Positions 38,223-48,784 are shown, numbered from the stretch's first letter. The stretch: 64,000 nt of DNA from Sandaracinaceae bacterium (GCA_044220955.1 JBGAQA010000014.1:32001-96000), one strand, 5' to 3'. The notes: generated by a model not told the origin, from the sequence alone. Program-made: numbers and translations.

Positions 38223-39644
38223 ATGACGCCTCCGGTCGCGCGTCGAGCCGCGGCGGTCGTCCTCGCCGTGCTCCTCTCGACGCGCGCCGACGCACGCGCG
38301 CTGGACGTGGAGCTCGACGCGAGCACGTCGTTCGCGGCGTACGAGGTGCGCGCGCCGGGGGCGGGTGCGTTCCTCGCGCGGCGCCGCCTCGTCGCGAACC
38401 TCGGTCTGAGGCTCGTGCAAGCGCTCACGGACCCCGACCCGAGCGGGCGCGTGGTCCGCGTCATGCTCGCCGGGCGCCTGCGTCTCGATCAGAGCTTCGG
38501 CGACGACTGCCTCGCGACGAGCGGGCTGTGCATCCAGGCGACCGAGCGCAGCGATCTCTCGGCCTACCAGCCGCTCGCGGCCGACACGCGGCTCGACGTG
38601 CCGATGCTCTACGCCTCCGTCGATGGCTTGCCCTACGGCATCGGTGCCCGCGTCGGCCGCCAGACGATCGCCGACGCGATCGGCCTCGCTCGCTTCGATG
38701 GCGCTCAGATCTCGGTCGCGCCGGCCGCGTGGGTCTCTCTCGACGCCGAGATCGGCACGCTCGTGCGGCGCACGACCCTCGCCGGCTCGGCGGCGTTCGA
38801 GCCGCAAGGGACGATGGTGCTCGACCTCGGCGGCATCGATCCGCGACGCGTCCCCTGGGCGGATCCGAGTCGAACGACCTGGCTGGTCGGCGCCTCGCTG
38901 CGGGGAGGGCCGGGCTCGTACCTGACGGCGGGTGCGTCGTTCCGGCAGCTCTGGGACGACGACGGCTCGATCGTCGCGCGCCGCCTCGGGCTCACGATCA
39001 CCTCCGACATCGACACGATCGTGCGCCTCGAGGGCGTGGGCGTGCTCGATCTGCTCGACGCCACGGTCATCACCGGTCTGGCCGCGGCCGAGGTCCACGA
39101 CGAGACGTACTCCGTCCGCCTCTCGTACGACCACCAGGTCCCACGCTTCGATCCGGGCTCGATCTGGGCCTGGTTCTACGTGGCGCCGATCGATCAGGCG
39201 CGGCTCTCGGGCAGCTACCGCTTCACGCCCGATCTCGAGCTGGGCGCCGCGCTGCGAGGCCGGCGGGCGCAGCTCGGCGCGCAGCTCCAGGACGACCTCG
39301 ACGCCGGCGTCGAGGGCTGGATGCGCACGCGGATCGAGCGGCTCGCCGTGAGCGCGTCGGGCTTCGGCTGGAGCGGCTCGCTGGGGCCGGTCGCGGGTGT
39401 GTCGCTCGATCTCAGCCGGCCGATCATCCCGGAGCTGGCGCTCGAGGCGCACGTGTCGCTCTGGCACTTCGACGACGCGAATCGCGAGGACGGCTACGGC
39501 GCCGTCGTGAGCGAGTCGCTCGTGGGCGTGGCGACCCTCACCTCGCAGGCGCGCGTGCTCCTCGAGCTGAGCCATGCTCACAACCGCGTCGTCGGTGACC
39601 GGTTTCGCGGCATCGTCACCCTGCTGGTGGAGACCTGGCGATGA
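38223..39644 (+). CDS. Putative outer-membrane beta-barrel (porin-like) protein
   Basis: Signal peptide (ARA|L), RVGRQ...RFDG motif, alternating amphipathic strands throughout, aromatic residue near the C-terminus (VTLLVETWR). Confidence 0.7.
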   Translation: MTPPVARRAAAVVLAVLLSTRADARALDVELDASTSFAAYEVRAPGAGAFLARRRLVANLGLRLVQALTDPDPSGRVVRVMLAGRLRLDQSFGDDCLATSGLCIQATERSDLSAYQPLAADTRLDVPMLYASVDGLPYGIGARVGRQTIADAIGLARFDGAQISVAPAAWVSLDAEIGTLVRRTTLAGSAAFEPQGTMVLDLGGIDPRRVPWADPSRTTWLVGASLRGGPGSYLTAGASFRQLWDDDGSIVARRLGLTITSDIDTIVRLEGVGVLDLLDATVITGLAAAEVHDETYSVRLSYDHQVPRFDPGSIWAWFYVAPIDQARLSGSYRFTPDLELGAALRGRRAQLGAQLQDDLDAGVEGWMRTRIERLAVSASGFGWSGSLGPVAGVSLDLSRPIIPELALEAHVSLWHFDDANREDGYGAVVSESLVGVATLTSQARVLLELSHAHNRVVGDRFRGIVTLLVETWR

Positions 39645-40891
39645 CGCGCGGGGCGAGCATCCTTCTCGCGTGCGGGCTCTGCGCGTCGGCTCTGCTCGGC
39701 GCCTGGTCCGGTGCGCGCGGACAGCGCCGCGACGATCCGCCGCTGCACGATCGCAGCGGTGGCCGCTCGGTGGTGGTCTACCCGATGCAGCGAGTCGCGA
39801 TCCGCATGGATCACTCGCTCCCAGAGCACCGCGCGCTCGCCTGCGAGGGCTGTCACGCGGCCGCGCCCACGAGCGCGCTCGCTTCCGACTCCCTGGTTCC
39901 GACGGAGGCGAGCTGCGGGCCTTGCCACGACGATGAGCGCGACCGCGCGCATCCGACGACCGAGCGCTGCGGGACGTGCCACCTCGGGTACGAGGCGGAG
40001 ATGCCGGTCGACGGGGGGCCGCCGCTCCCCGCCGCGATCGTGCCGAGCTCGACGATGCCGGCGCCGCACCTGCGCTTCTCGCATGCGGCGCACGTCTCCC
40101 GCGGACAGACCTGCGAGAGCTGCCACGCGGGCATCGGCACCGCCCGGCAGGGCACCCGCCTGAACCTGCCGACGATGCGCGACTGCTTCCGGTGCCACGC
40201 GCCGAGCGGGCTGGCGGTGCCGGGCTTCGAGTCGCCGGTCGCGCCGTTCACCTGCGCAGGCTGTCACCTCACGGAGCCCTCGGGGCTGCTCCGCACGCAC
40301 TTCGAGGAGGGCGACCTCTCCCCACCACGCTGGCTCGCGGGCATGGCCCACGATCACGAGTGGCTGGTGCGCCACCGCTGGGTCGCCGCCGACGAGGGGC
40401 CGCTCTGCGCCCAGTGTCACCGCGAGAGCGAGTGCGTCGCGTGCCACGACGGCCGCGTCCGGACGCTGCGCGTGCACCCTGGCGACTTCCTCACCACGCA
40501 CCCGGTGATGGCGCGGCGTGACGAGACGCGCTGCACCAGCTGCCACACGATCACCCAGTTCTGCGCGGAGTGTCACGCCCGGCTCGGCATCGCGCCGCTG
40601 GCCGCGCCGGAGGCCCGCGCGGCGATCCGCTACCACCCGCCGGCCGCGGTCTGGAGCCGCGGCGCGAACATGCACGCGGTCGAGGCGCGGCGCTCGATGC
40701 AGTCGTGCGTGAGCTGCCACGCCGAACAGGACTGCGTCGTCTGTCACGGATCGACCACCATCGGCGGCGGCGGCGCGAGCCCGCACCCCCCCGGCTTCGC
40801 GGGGCAGTGCGGCTCGGCGCTCGAGACGAACGCGCACGCCTGCATCACGTGTCACGGCGACCTCGACGCCCTGCGCGCACGCTGCCGCTGA
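39641..40891 (+). CDS. Multiheme c-type cytochrome with 13 CXXCH motifs
   Basis: Signal peptide. CEGCH, CGPCH, CGTCH, CESCH, CFRCH, CAGCH, CAQCH, CVACH, CTSCH, CAECH, CVSCH, CVVCH, CITCH, plus many distal His. ATGA overlap with the barrel gene. Confidence 0.93.
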   Translation: MTRGASILLACGLCASALLGAWSGARGQRRDDPPLHDRSGGRSVVVYPMQRVAIRMDHSLPEHRALACEGCHAAAPTSALASDSLVPTEASCGPCHDDERDRAHPTTERCGTCHLGYEAEMPVDGGPPLPAAIVPSSTMPAPHLRFSHAAHVSRGQTCESCHAGIGTARQGTRLNLPTMRDCFRCHAPSGLAVPGFESPVAPFTCAGCHLTEPSGLLRTHFEEGDLSPPRWLAGMAHDHEWLVRHRWVAADEGPLCAQCHRESECVACHDGRVRTLRVHPGDFLTTHPVMARRDETRCTSCHTITQFCAECHARLGIAPLAAPEARAAIRYHPPAAVWSRGANMHAVEARRSMQSCVSCHAEQDCVVCHGSTTIGGGGASPHPPGFAGQCGSALETNAHACITCHGDLDALRARCR

Positions 40892-40917
40892 CTCGGGCGC
40901 GCTCGAGCGCGCCCGAG
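40892..40917. terminator. Perfect 26-bp palindrome between convergent genes, likely terminator or 3' stabilising hairpin
   Basis: CTCGGGCGCGCTCGAGCGCGCCCGAG equals its own reverse complement and starts right after the cytochrome stop. No U-tract. Confidence 0.5.
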
Positions 40918-40934
40918 CGCGGGTTGCCGGGGGC

Positions 40935-42446
<1,512 letters not shown>

Positions 42447-42469
42447 GCCGGGATGATACGAAATTCCCC

Positions 42470-45169
42470 TCAATAATATTGGTCGAACCCGATGTAGAAC
42501 CCGACGGGCCCGTAGTGGGGGTCGGCGAGGCCGCCGTCGCGGATCCAGCGCGAGATCGGCGCACCCACGTCGATCGCGAGCACGCCGGGTGCGATGCCGC
42601 CGTACTCGTAGTGAACCCTTATGCCGGCCCCGGCCTCGAACGCTGCGTGGACGGGCAGGTGGATGTCGTCGTGCTCGAGCGTGTCGAAGGCAGCGCCTCC
42701 GCCGACCCACCATGCGAGCTGCAGCTCGCGCGCGAACACACCCCAGAGCACGTTCAAGTTGAGGTCCGTCGCGATCGTCGCGCGGTGCTCGATGACGCCG
42801 TAGAGCGCGCCGTTGCCGAGCAGCTCGCCGTTCGCGAACGCGCGCAGGCCGTACTGGCCGCCGATCGACTGCCGATCGGCGGGCAGGATGGGGTTCACGG
42901 TGAAGCCGCCGCCCGCCGCGAAGAGGAACGCGTTGAGCAGGCCGACCGGCACCAGGTACGCGGCGACGAACGCGCCACGAGCCGTGACGCCGAACGAGCC
43001 GTCCTCGCCGAAGACGCCTGCGAGCTGGATCGCGCCCGAGAGGATCAAGAACTCGCGGGGGTCCTGCAGGAAGTGCCGCGTGTCGACGCCGCCGAAGATC
43101 TGGAGGTCGAGCTCGTAGCCGCCGATGTTGCGCGCCCCCGGGGGGAAGTCGGGTCGCACGTAGTTGAAGCCGATACCGCCGCCGAGCGAGGCGATGCGGC
43201 GGTTGGTGTGCGCGCGCTCGCCGAGCCCTTGGATGTACCCGATGCGTCCGCCGGTGCGCGCGCCGATGCGGGCCAGCCGTAGCGAGACGGTGTTCTCGAG
43301 GTTGTAGCGCTGCCGCAGCGCCGTCTCGATCACGCCGTTCACGTCGGCCTGCGACGCCAGCACCGTGAGCGCGAACGCGGTGAAGATGGGCGGCCGCCAC
43401 GGCGAGTTGGTCGCGTCGTCCGCCCGCGGGTGTCCGTCGGCCACGTGCGCGCTCTCGGGCAGGCGTTGGTGCGGATCGATGGTGACGCTCGATCGGTCGG
43501 AGGGCGTCTCGACGTCGACGTAGCCGCGCTCGCCGCGGCCGTCCCAGTACGCGGAAGCATGATGCCCCTCCGTGTCCTCGATCTCGACCTCGACGGGCTC
43601 GGGTCGCTCGTCGCCGTCGCGCAAGATCTCGACGCGCGTGTGGTACGAGCCCTCCTGGGTGACGTGGGTGACGATCGCCCCGAGCCGGTAGTTCGTCTCG
43701 AGCGACGCGTAGCGGAGCCACGCGGGGAGGTCGCGCGACACGTCGATCCCGGCACGCTCCATCGCGGCGCGCACGTCCCGATGCGCGCGCGCGAGCATCG
43801 ACACGAAGCGCTCCATGGGCTCGTCCTCGAGCACGTCGCGCACGCACTCGAGCAGGCGTCGTCCTCGGGTCACGGGGAAGCGCGCGCGCACCGGATCGTC
43901 GCGGAAACGGTCGGGCTCGTCGATCGCGCCGAAGTAGGTGTCCTCGAACGAGATCTGCGGCGCGTAGAGGAGCTGGTCGACCGCGGGGTGGAAGGCGAAG
44001 AGGGAGAGGAGCTGCTGCGGCGTCTGCGTGGCGTTGTTTCGCCGCAGCTCGTCGAGGTCGACCAGGGCGGCGCTCCGGAGATCGTCGATCCAGCCGCGGT
44101 CGGCGCTCGCCTCTTCCGCCGCGGAGATCGGCTGCACGATCACCGAGAAGAGCGCGCGGCGCACGGCACGACGGTGGAACTCCTGGACCACGTCGAGCGG
44201 GAAGATCTCGAAGATGCGGTCCGACACGAGCGCCACGCGCGGCGCCGGCGCCGCGAGCTCGCTGCGCGAGTGCACCGCCATGACCACGAGATCGTCGGGG
44301 ATCGGCAGGCCGAGCCACGCGCTCGTGTCGATCACGTCCGCGTACGCCTCGCCGATCAGTCGCACGCGATCGATGCCCACGATGTCCTCGAGCCCCGCGC
44401 TGCCGCGCACGCCCGCCGCGGGCGGCACGTAGATCGGGTCCGTCGTCACGTAGGTCATCCGGCGCCCGCGCACCTCGATCGTGCGCTCGTGGATCGGCCC
44501 GCCCACGAGCGCCGGGACGTACGGGACGTGCTCGACGACCGAGATCTCGGCGGCGTGCGCCGTGCGCGTCCGGATCTCGCCGCCGCTCACCACGGCGTGC
44601 AGCGCGTGCGGTACGTCGCGCTCCCAGTCGTCCCCGTCGACGACGAGCGGGTACCAGGGCGCGGCGAGAGAGATCGTGTGCCCGTCACGGCCGAGTCGGC
44701 CGAACCGATCGGGGACGTCGAGGTGCATGGCGAATGTCAGCCGCAGGGTCCGCGCCTGGCCGGGCGCGACGCGGATCGTCGCGTCGCTCCCGGCGAAGTC
44801 CCGGCCGCGGAGCTCGCCCTCCGGGTGGGTGGTGCGATCGACGTCGACGGGCGCCCCGTCGATCGCGACGTCGCTGAGCGTGATCCCGCCCCGATCGATC
44901 TCGCCCGGGTAGATCCAGCGCCAGCTGCGCTCCTCCATCGAGGACGGCGCCACGGCGAGCCGGTCGGGATAGAGCCAGAGCGTGACGTGGTCCTCGTCCA
45001 CGCCGAGGCGCACGTCGATCGCGATCGTGGCGTCGATCGTGCCCGCGCTGGCGTCGATGCGCGCGTCGATCTCGTAGCGCTCGGCCTCCGCCGCCCGGGC
45101 ACGTGGGGTGACGAGCCACGTGCACGCGAGCGCGAGCGATGCGATCGTGCGCACGACGCCGTGGCTCAC
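42470..45169 (-). CDS. Secreted protein: M1-aminopeptidase-like N-terminal region without HEXXH plus Omp85/BamA-like C-terminal barrel
   Basis: Signal peptide (ARA|A), YEIDARID, WYP, IDPHQRLPE..DD, then beta strands with IGGQYGLRAF and C-terminal FYIGFDQYY. Confidence 0.65.
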   Translation of the reverse strand: MSHGVVRTIASLALACTWLVTPRARAAEAERYEIDARIDASAGTIDATIAIDVRLGVDEDHVTLWLYPDRLAVAPSSMEERSWRWIYPGEIDRGGITLSDVAIDGAPVDVDRTTHPEGELRGRDFAGSDATIRVAPGQARTLRLTFAMHLDVPDRFGRLGRDGHTISLAAPWYPLVVDGDDWERDVPHALHAVVSGGEIRTRTAHAAEISVVEHVPYVPALVGGPIHERTIEVRGRRMTYVTTDPIYVPPAAGVRGSAGLEDIVGIDRVRLIGEAYADVIDTSAWLGLPIPDDLVVMAVHSRSELAAPAPRVALVSDRIFEIFPLDVVQEFHRRAVRRALFSVIVQPISAAEEASADRGWIDDLRSAALVDLDELRRNNATQTPQQLLSLFAFHPAVDQLLYAPQISFEDTYFGAIDEPDRFRDDPVRARFPVTRGRRLLECVRDVLEDEPMERFVSMLARAHRDVRAAMERAGIDVSRDLPAWLRYASLETNYRLGAIVTHVTQEGSYHTRVEILRDGDERPEPVEVEIEDTEGHHASAYWDGRGERGYVDVETPSDRSSVTIDPHQRLPESAHVADGHPRADDATNSPWRPPIFTAFALTVLASQADVNGVIETALRQRYNLENTVSLRLARIGARTGGRIGYIQGLGERAHTNRRIASLGGGIGFNYVRPDFPPGARNIGGYELDLQIFGGVDTRHFLQDPREFLILSGAIQLAGVFGEDGSFGVTARGAFVAAYLVPVGLLNAFLFAAGGGFTVNPILPADRQSIGGQYGLRAFANGELLGNGALYGVIEHRATIATDLNLNVLWGVFARELQLAWWVGGGAAFDTLEHDDIHLPVHAAFEAGAGIRVHYEYGGIAPGVLAIDVGAPISRWIRDGGLADPHYGPVGFYIGFDQYY

Positions 45170-45379
45170 CTGTCCCTCGCGCTCCCCGTCGCCGTCCTCG
45201 CGCTGCCGCTGGTGGCACTGGTCGTGCTGCGTGTGGTCGCGGCCCTCGCCGACGAGCGGACACGCGCCCGCAGCGCGCGCGTCCTGGCCGCCATCGAGAA
45301 GGGCGATCGCGCACGGTCCGAACGGGGTATGGCATCCGTGTCGTCCTTGACGGAAGAGGCGAAGCGCGACCAAGGTTGA
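45161..45379 (+). CDS. Possible small single-TM membrane protein (72 aa)
   Basis: VAHLSLALPVAVLALPLVALVVLRVVAALADERTR... with GC-rich third positions. It abuts the divergent gene start and no RBS is evident. Confidence 0.3.
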   Translation: MAHLSLALPVAVLALPLVALVVLRVVAALADERTRARSARVLAAIEKGDRARSERGMASVSSLTEEAKRDQG

Positions 45380-45502
45380 ACCAAGGCACCAGGTCGTCCC
45401 CTGGTCGGATCTCCGGGCGCTCCGAAACGCGCCGCGAGACCATCCCGCGCCTGTCCCGCGCGGAACCTTCCGACTCCTGTCAGCCGTATGAGGAGTGAAC
45501 GC

Positions 45503-46306
45503 ATGGGACGTCTGATCGGGTACATGGCGAACCGTGCCGACCGCCTGCCCGAGGCGCTCGCCGAGGAGAAGCTCGCCGTCGGGGAGACGCCGAGCGAGGC
45601 CGCCGATGCCTGGGGCATCGGTTTCTATCAAGGGGGCGAGGTCCTCCACAAGAAGCGCCCGCACTGCGGCGGCGATCGTGTGCGCTGGTCCGACATCGCG
45701 GGCAACGTGCGCACCGACGCCGCGATCATCCACCTGCGAAGCGCCACGGTCGGCGACTACCGCGCCGAGAACACGCACCCTTTCCGGATGCGGCAGTGGC
45801 TCTTCGCCCACGTCGGCACGGTGGCCGGGTTCGACGCGCTCAAGGACGCGCTGCTCGACCCGATGCCCGACTTCCTCCGCCGCAACGTGCGCGGCACGAC
45901 CGACTCGGAGGTCGTGTTCCACGCGATCCTCTCGTTCTTGCACGACTCCGGCAAGCTCGACGACGTCGACGCCGAGCCCAAGACGCTCCTGAACGCGGCG
46001 CGCTCGACGATCTCCCTCGTGGATCGGCTCGGCCAGGAGGTCGGCGCCCCGGAGTCGACCCTGAGCTTCGTCCTCACGAACGGCCGCCAGATGATCGCGG
46101 TGCGCCGCGGGCTGCCCATGAGCTACGTCGAGCGCGAGATCGCCGGCGACGCGCGCACGCAAGGACGCGGCCCCGGCAGCGCGCTCCGCTACGTGATGGT
46201 CGTGGCCGGCGACGAGCCGGTCCACGCGCCGGAGCACCGCCCGCTGCAGCAGGGGCAGGCCCTCGCCATCGATCGCGAGCTGCGCACGGCGCTCCACAAG
46301 CTCTGA
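45503..46306 (+). CDS. Class II glutamine amidotransferase-like protein (EgtC/YafJ family), catalytic residues degenerate
   Basis: DAWGIGFY, HLRSATVG, ENTHPF, GTTDSE are present. N-terminus is MGRL rather than MCRL and HVG replaces HNG. AGGAG RBS. Confidence 0.85.
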   Translation: MGRLIGYMANRADRLPEALAEEKLAVGETPSEAADAWGIGFYQGGEVLHKKRPHCGGDRVRWSDIAGNVRTDAAIIHLRSATVGDYRAENTHPFRMRQWLFAHVGTVAGFDALKDALLDPMPDFLRRNVRGTTDSEVVFHAILSFLHDSGKLDDVDAEPKTLLNAARSTISLVDRLGQEVGAPESTLSFVLTNGRQMIAVRRGLPMSYVEREIAGDARTQGRGPGSALRYVMVVAGDEPVHAPEHRPLQQGQALAIDRELRTALHKL

Positions 46307-46363
46307 TCGGTCGTCGCGCGAGCAGCCCTTGCCCGGGTCGCGGCGCTCGCCTATCCACGGCCC

Positions 46364-48013
46364 GTGAGCCAGCGCGAGCAGCGAGCGATCCGCGCGATGG
46401 TCATTGCCTCCGGGGCGCTGCACGTCGTCACGGCGTGGCAGAGCCTCGGCTATCACCAGCTCGACGAGCACTTCCAGATCCTCGAGATGCTCAGCTACCA
46501 GCTCGGCCACACGCCGCGGGCGGGGCTCCCGATCGACTTCTCGCAGCAGGTCCGTCCGTTCCTCGCGATCGCGCCGATGTACGTCGTCGCCCGTGGCGTG
46601 CAGGTGTTCAGCGACTCGCCCATCGTGCTCGAGCGCGCGCTCCGGCTGCTCGCCGCAGGCCTCGGCTTCGCCACGACGACCTTGCTCGCATCGCGCTTGC
46701 GCGGCGAGCTGAAGACCGAGCGCGCGCGCCTGTTCGGCACCGCGTTCCTGCTCCTCTACTGGCCCTTCCTCTACACGCACGCGCGCCTGTCGGCCGAGCC
46801 CTGGGGCTCCAACGCGTTCTATGCGGCGCTGCTCCTGCTCCCGCGCGGCGGCGAGCGATCGCCCTGGCGGGAGATCGGCAGCGGTCTCTTGCTCGGCGCC
46901 GCCTTCCATCTCCGCTACCACCTCGGCGTGGCGATGGTCGGGTGCGCGGGGCTCTGGGTCGTCGAGCGTCGCGCGCTGCCATTCTTCGGGCGCGTGGCGC
47001 TGGGCTTCGCCGGGACCTTCGCGCTCGGCGTGCTCGCGGACCGATGGGGCTACGGCGCGTGGGCCCTTCCGGCGTGGAACTACTTCCACTCGCAGATCAT
47101 CCGGCGCGACGTCGAGCTCGCCGGTGTCTCGCCCTGGTGGTGGTACTTCCAGGAGATCACCCTGACGCTCGTCCCGCCCTTCGGGGCGCTCGTCCTCGGT
47201 GTGGTCGGCTGGTTCGGGTACCGGCACCCGAAGCACCCGTTCGTCGCGCCGGGCCTGCTCTTCTTCGCCGTCCACGTCGCGATCCGGCACAAGGAGCTGC
47301 GCTTCCTGACGCCGCTCTTGCCCCTGGCGCCCTGGGCCATCGCGCACGCGCTCGACACGATCGATCGCGCGTGGCTGCGCCGCACGGTGCTCGCCTACGC
47401 GGTCGTCTCGGCGCTCGTCGCGCCGGCGATGCTCTTCCGGCGCGCGAACTTCCCGCAGTACTACTTCGAGTACGTCGTCGAGCACTACTGGCACGGGGGC
47501 TACGACGTCGTGTGGCACGGCCGGCCGCCCATGCAGCTCGCCGACATCCCCGTCTACTACTATCGGCCCTCGCGGTACGTGGAGACGGAGCTCCGCTCGC
47601 TCGACGATCTACCGCTCGTGCTCGCGACGCGGCGGCGCGAGGTCCTGCTCTTCGAGGCGAGCTTCGATCCCGCGCCGGCGATCGAGCAGAGCTGCCGCCT
47701 CCTCGTGCGCACCGTGCCGGACTACCTCTATCGGCCGGAGATCGTGGGCGCGATCGATCCGACGGTGCGCTGGTCCCTGTACGCCTGCCGCGACGGCCGG
47801 GAGATCGAGTACGCCCGGGCTCCGACTCAGTCCGTGAGCTGTGTCGGCGCGCCCCCGCGGTCCCTACCGTCCGCGGGCGGTGCCCGCTCCCGTCCGGGCC
47901 CTCCGTGGCGAGCACTCCTGCCGAGTCAGGAGATCCAGACCCGCACGCCCGCCACGGGACCGTGGAGCGCGGTGCCCGCGCTGCCGAGCGGATCCACCGC
48001 GAACACCTGGTAG
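46364..48013 (+). CDS. GT-C membrane glycosyltransferase, Alg9/PIG-B (GT22)-like mannosyltransferase
   Basis: HQLDEHFQILE in the first loop, about 10 TM segments, DRWGYGAW, SPWWWY, HKELRFLTP. Confidence 0.75.
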   Translation: MSQREQRAIRAMVIASGALHVVTAWQSLGYHQLDEHFQILEMLSYQLGHTPRAGLPIDFSQQVRPFLAIAPMYVVARGVQVFSDSPIVLERALRLLAAGLGFATTTLLASRLRGELKTERARLFGTAFLLLYWPFLYTHARLSAEPWGSNAFYAALLLLPRGGERSPWREIGSGLLLGAAFHLRYHLGVAMVGCAGLWVVERRALPFFGRVALGFAGTFALGVLADRWGYGAWALPAWNYFHSQIIRRDVELAGVSPWWWYFQEITLTLVPPFGALVLGVVGWFGYRHPKHPFVAPGLLFFAVHVAIRHKELRFLTPLLPLAPWAIAHALDTIDRAWLRRTVLAYAVVSALVAPAMLFRRANFPQYYFEYVVEHYWHGGYDVVWHGRPPMQLADIPVYYYRPSRYVETELRSLDDLPLVLATRRREVLLFEASFDPAPAIEQSCRLLVRTVPDYLYRPEIVGAIDPTVRWSLYACRDGREIEYARAPTQSVSCVGAPPRSLPSAGGARSRPGPPWRALLPSQEIQTRTPATGPWSAVPALPSGSTANTW

Positions 48014-48744
48014 CCGACGTAGATCTCACCGCGCTCGATCTGCAGGCCGAGCGTCGCGCGCCCGTCGAGCATCGACGCCTGCCCGATCGAGCCCGCGCTC
48101 GCCTCGAGGTGGATGACGAGCGGGGCGATCGGGTACGCGTCGAGCTCGAGCAGGCCCGAGAGGCCGACCTCGATGCCGGCCGCGTCGTGATAGAGCTGGC
48201 CGGCCGCGCCGATCCGCAGCTGCACGGCGTCGTCCGCGACGAGCGCGTATGCGAACGCCGCGCGCCCGAGGCCGATGGCGTGGATCACGTCGTGCGTCTG
48301 CTCGAAGTACGGGGCGTAGCGGAGCTCGATGTCGAGGATGCCTGCGATGCGTACGCGGCCGGAGAGCTGTCCCCGCACCACGCCGTCGAAGACGTACCCC
48401 GCGCTGGCGTCGACGATGCCGATCACGTCGGGTCCCGTGAAGGCGCGGTCGGGCTGCATCGCGGTCTGTCGAAGGCCGACGCCCGCATAGCCGAGGTAGT
48501 AGGGGTAGAAGAGCGGTACCCAGGGCACTCCCACCTGCGCGCCACCGTAGGCGTACCCGTACCCGCCGTACCCGCCGGAGGGGCGGTATCCGCTGCCGCT
48601 CGACCCGCTCGACCCGCTCGACCCGCGCGACCCCCCGCCGTGCACCGCCGAGCTGACCGCGCCGAGCCGCTGCGCCAGCGCCGGCGCGGGCGCGAGCGAG
48701 AGCAGCCCGAGGACCAGCAGCGGAGCGAGGCAGCGCGTGCGCAT
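47926..48744 (-). CDS. Secreted hypothetical protein with Gly/Ser/Tyr-rich linker and small beta-barrel-like C-terminus
   Basis: Signal peptide (ALA|Q), GSSGSSGSSG and YGGYGY low complexity, amphipathic strands ending GPVAGVRVWIS. Confidence 0.7.
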   Translation of the reverse strand: MRTRCLAPLLVLGLLSLAPAPALAQRLGAVSSAVHGGGSRGSSGSSGSSGSGYRPSGGYGGYGYAYGGAQVGVPWVPLFYPYYLGYAGVGLRQTAMQPDRAFTGPDVIGIVDASAGYVFDGVVRGQLSGRVRIAGILDIELRYAPYFEQTHDVIHAIGLGRAAFAYALVADDAVQLRIGAAGQLYHDAAGIEVGLSGLLELDAYPIAPLVIHLEASAGSIGQASMLDGRATLGLQIERGEIYVGYQVFAVDPLGSAGTALHGPVAGVRVWIS

Positions 48745-48768
48745 GGGAGCGACCACGCGTTCAACGAC

Positions 48769-48784
48769 TGCAAGCCCGACGCCA
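48769..48784 (-). promoter_or_regulatory. Sigma54-type -24/-12 promoter TGGCGTCGGGCTTGCA
   Basis: GG-N10-GC with TGGC and TTGCA flanks, 25 nt upstream of ATG 48744. Confidence 0.5.

Noticed and set aside
48596..48632. 9-bp tandem repeat (CGACCCGCT)n
   Set aside because: Encodes the GSSGSSGSS linker. It is in-frame, has no spacers, and is neither CRISPR nor a phase-variable tract.
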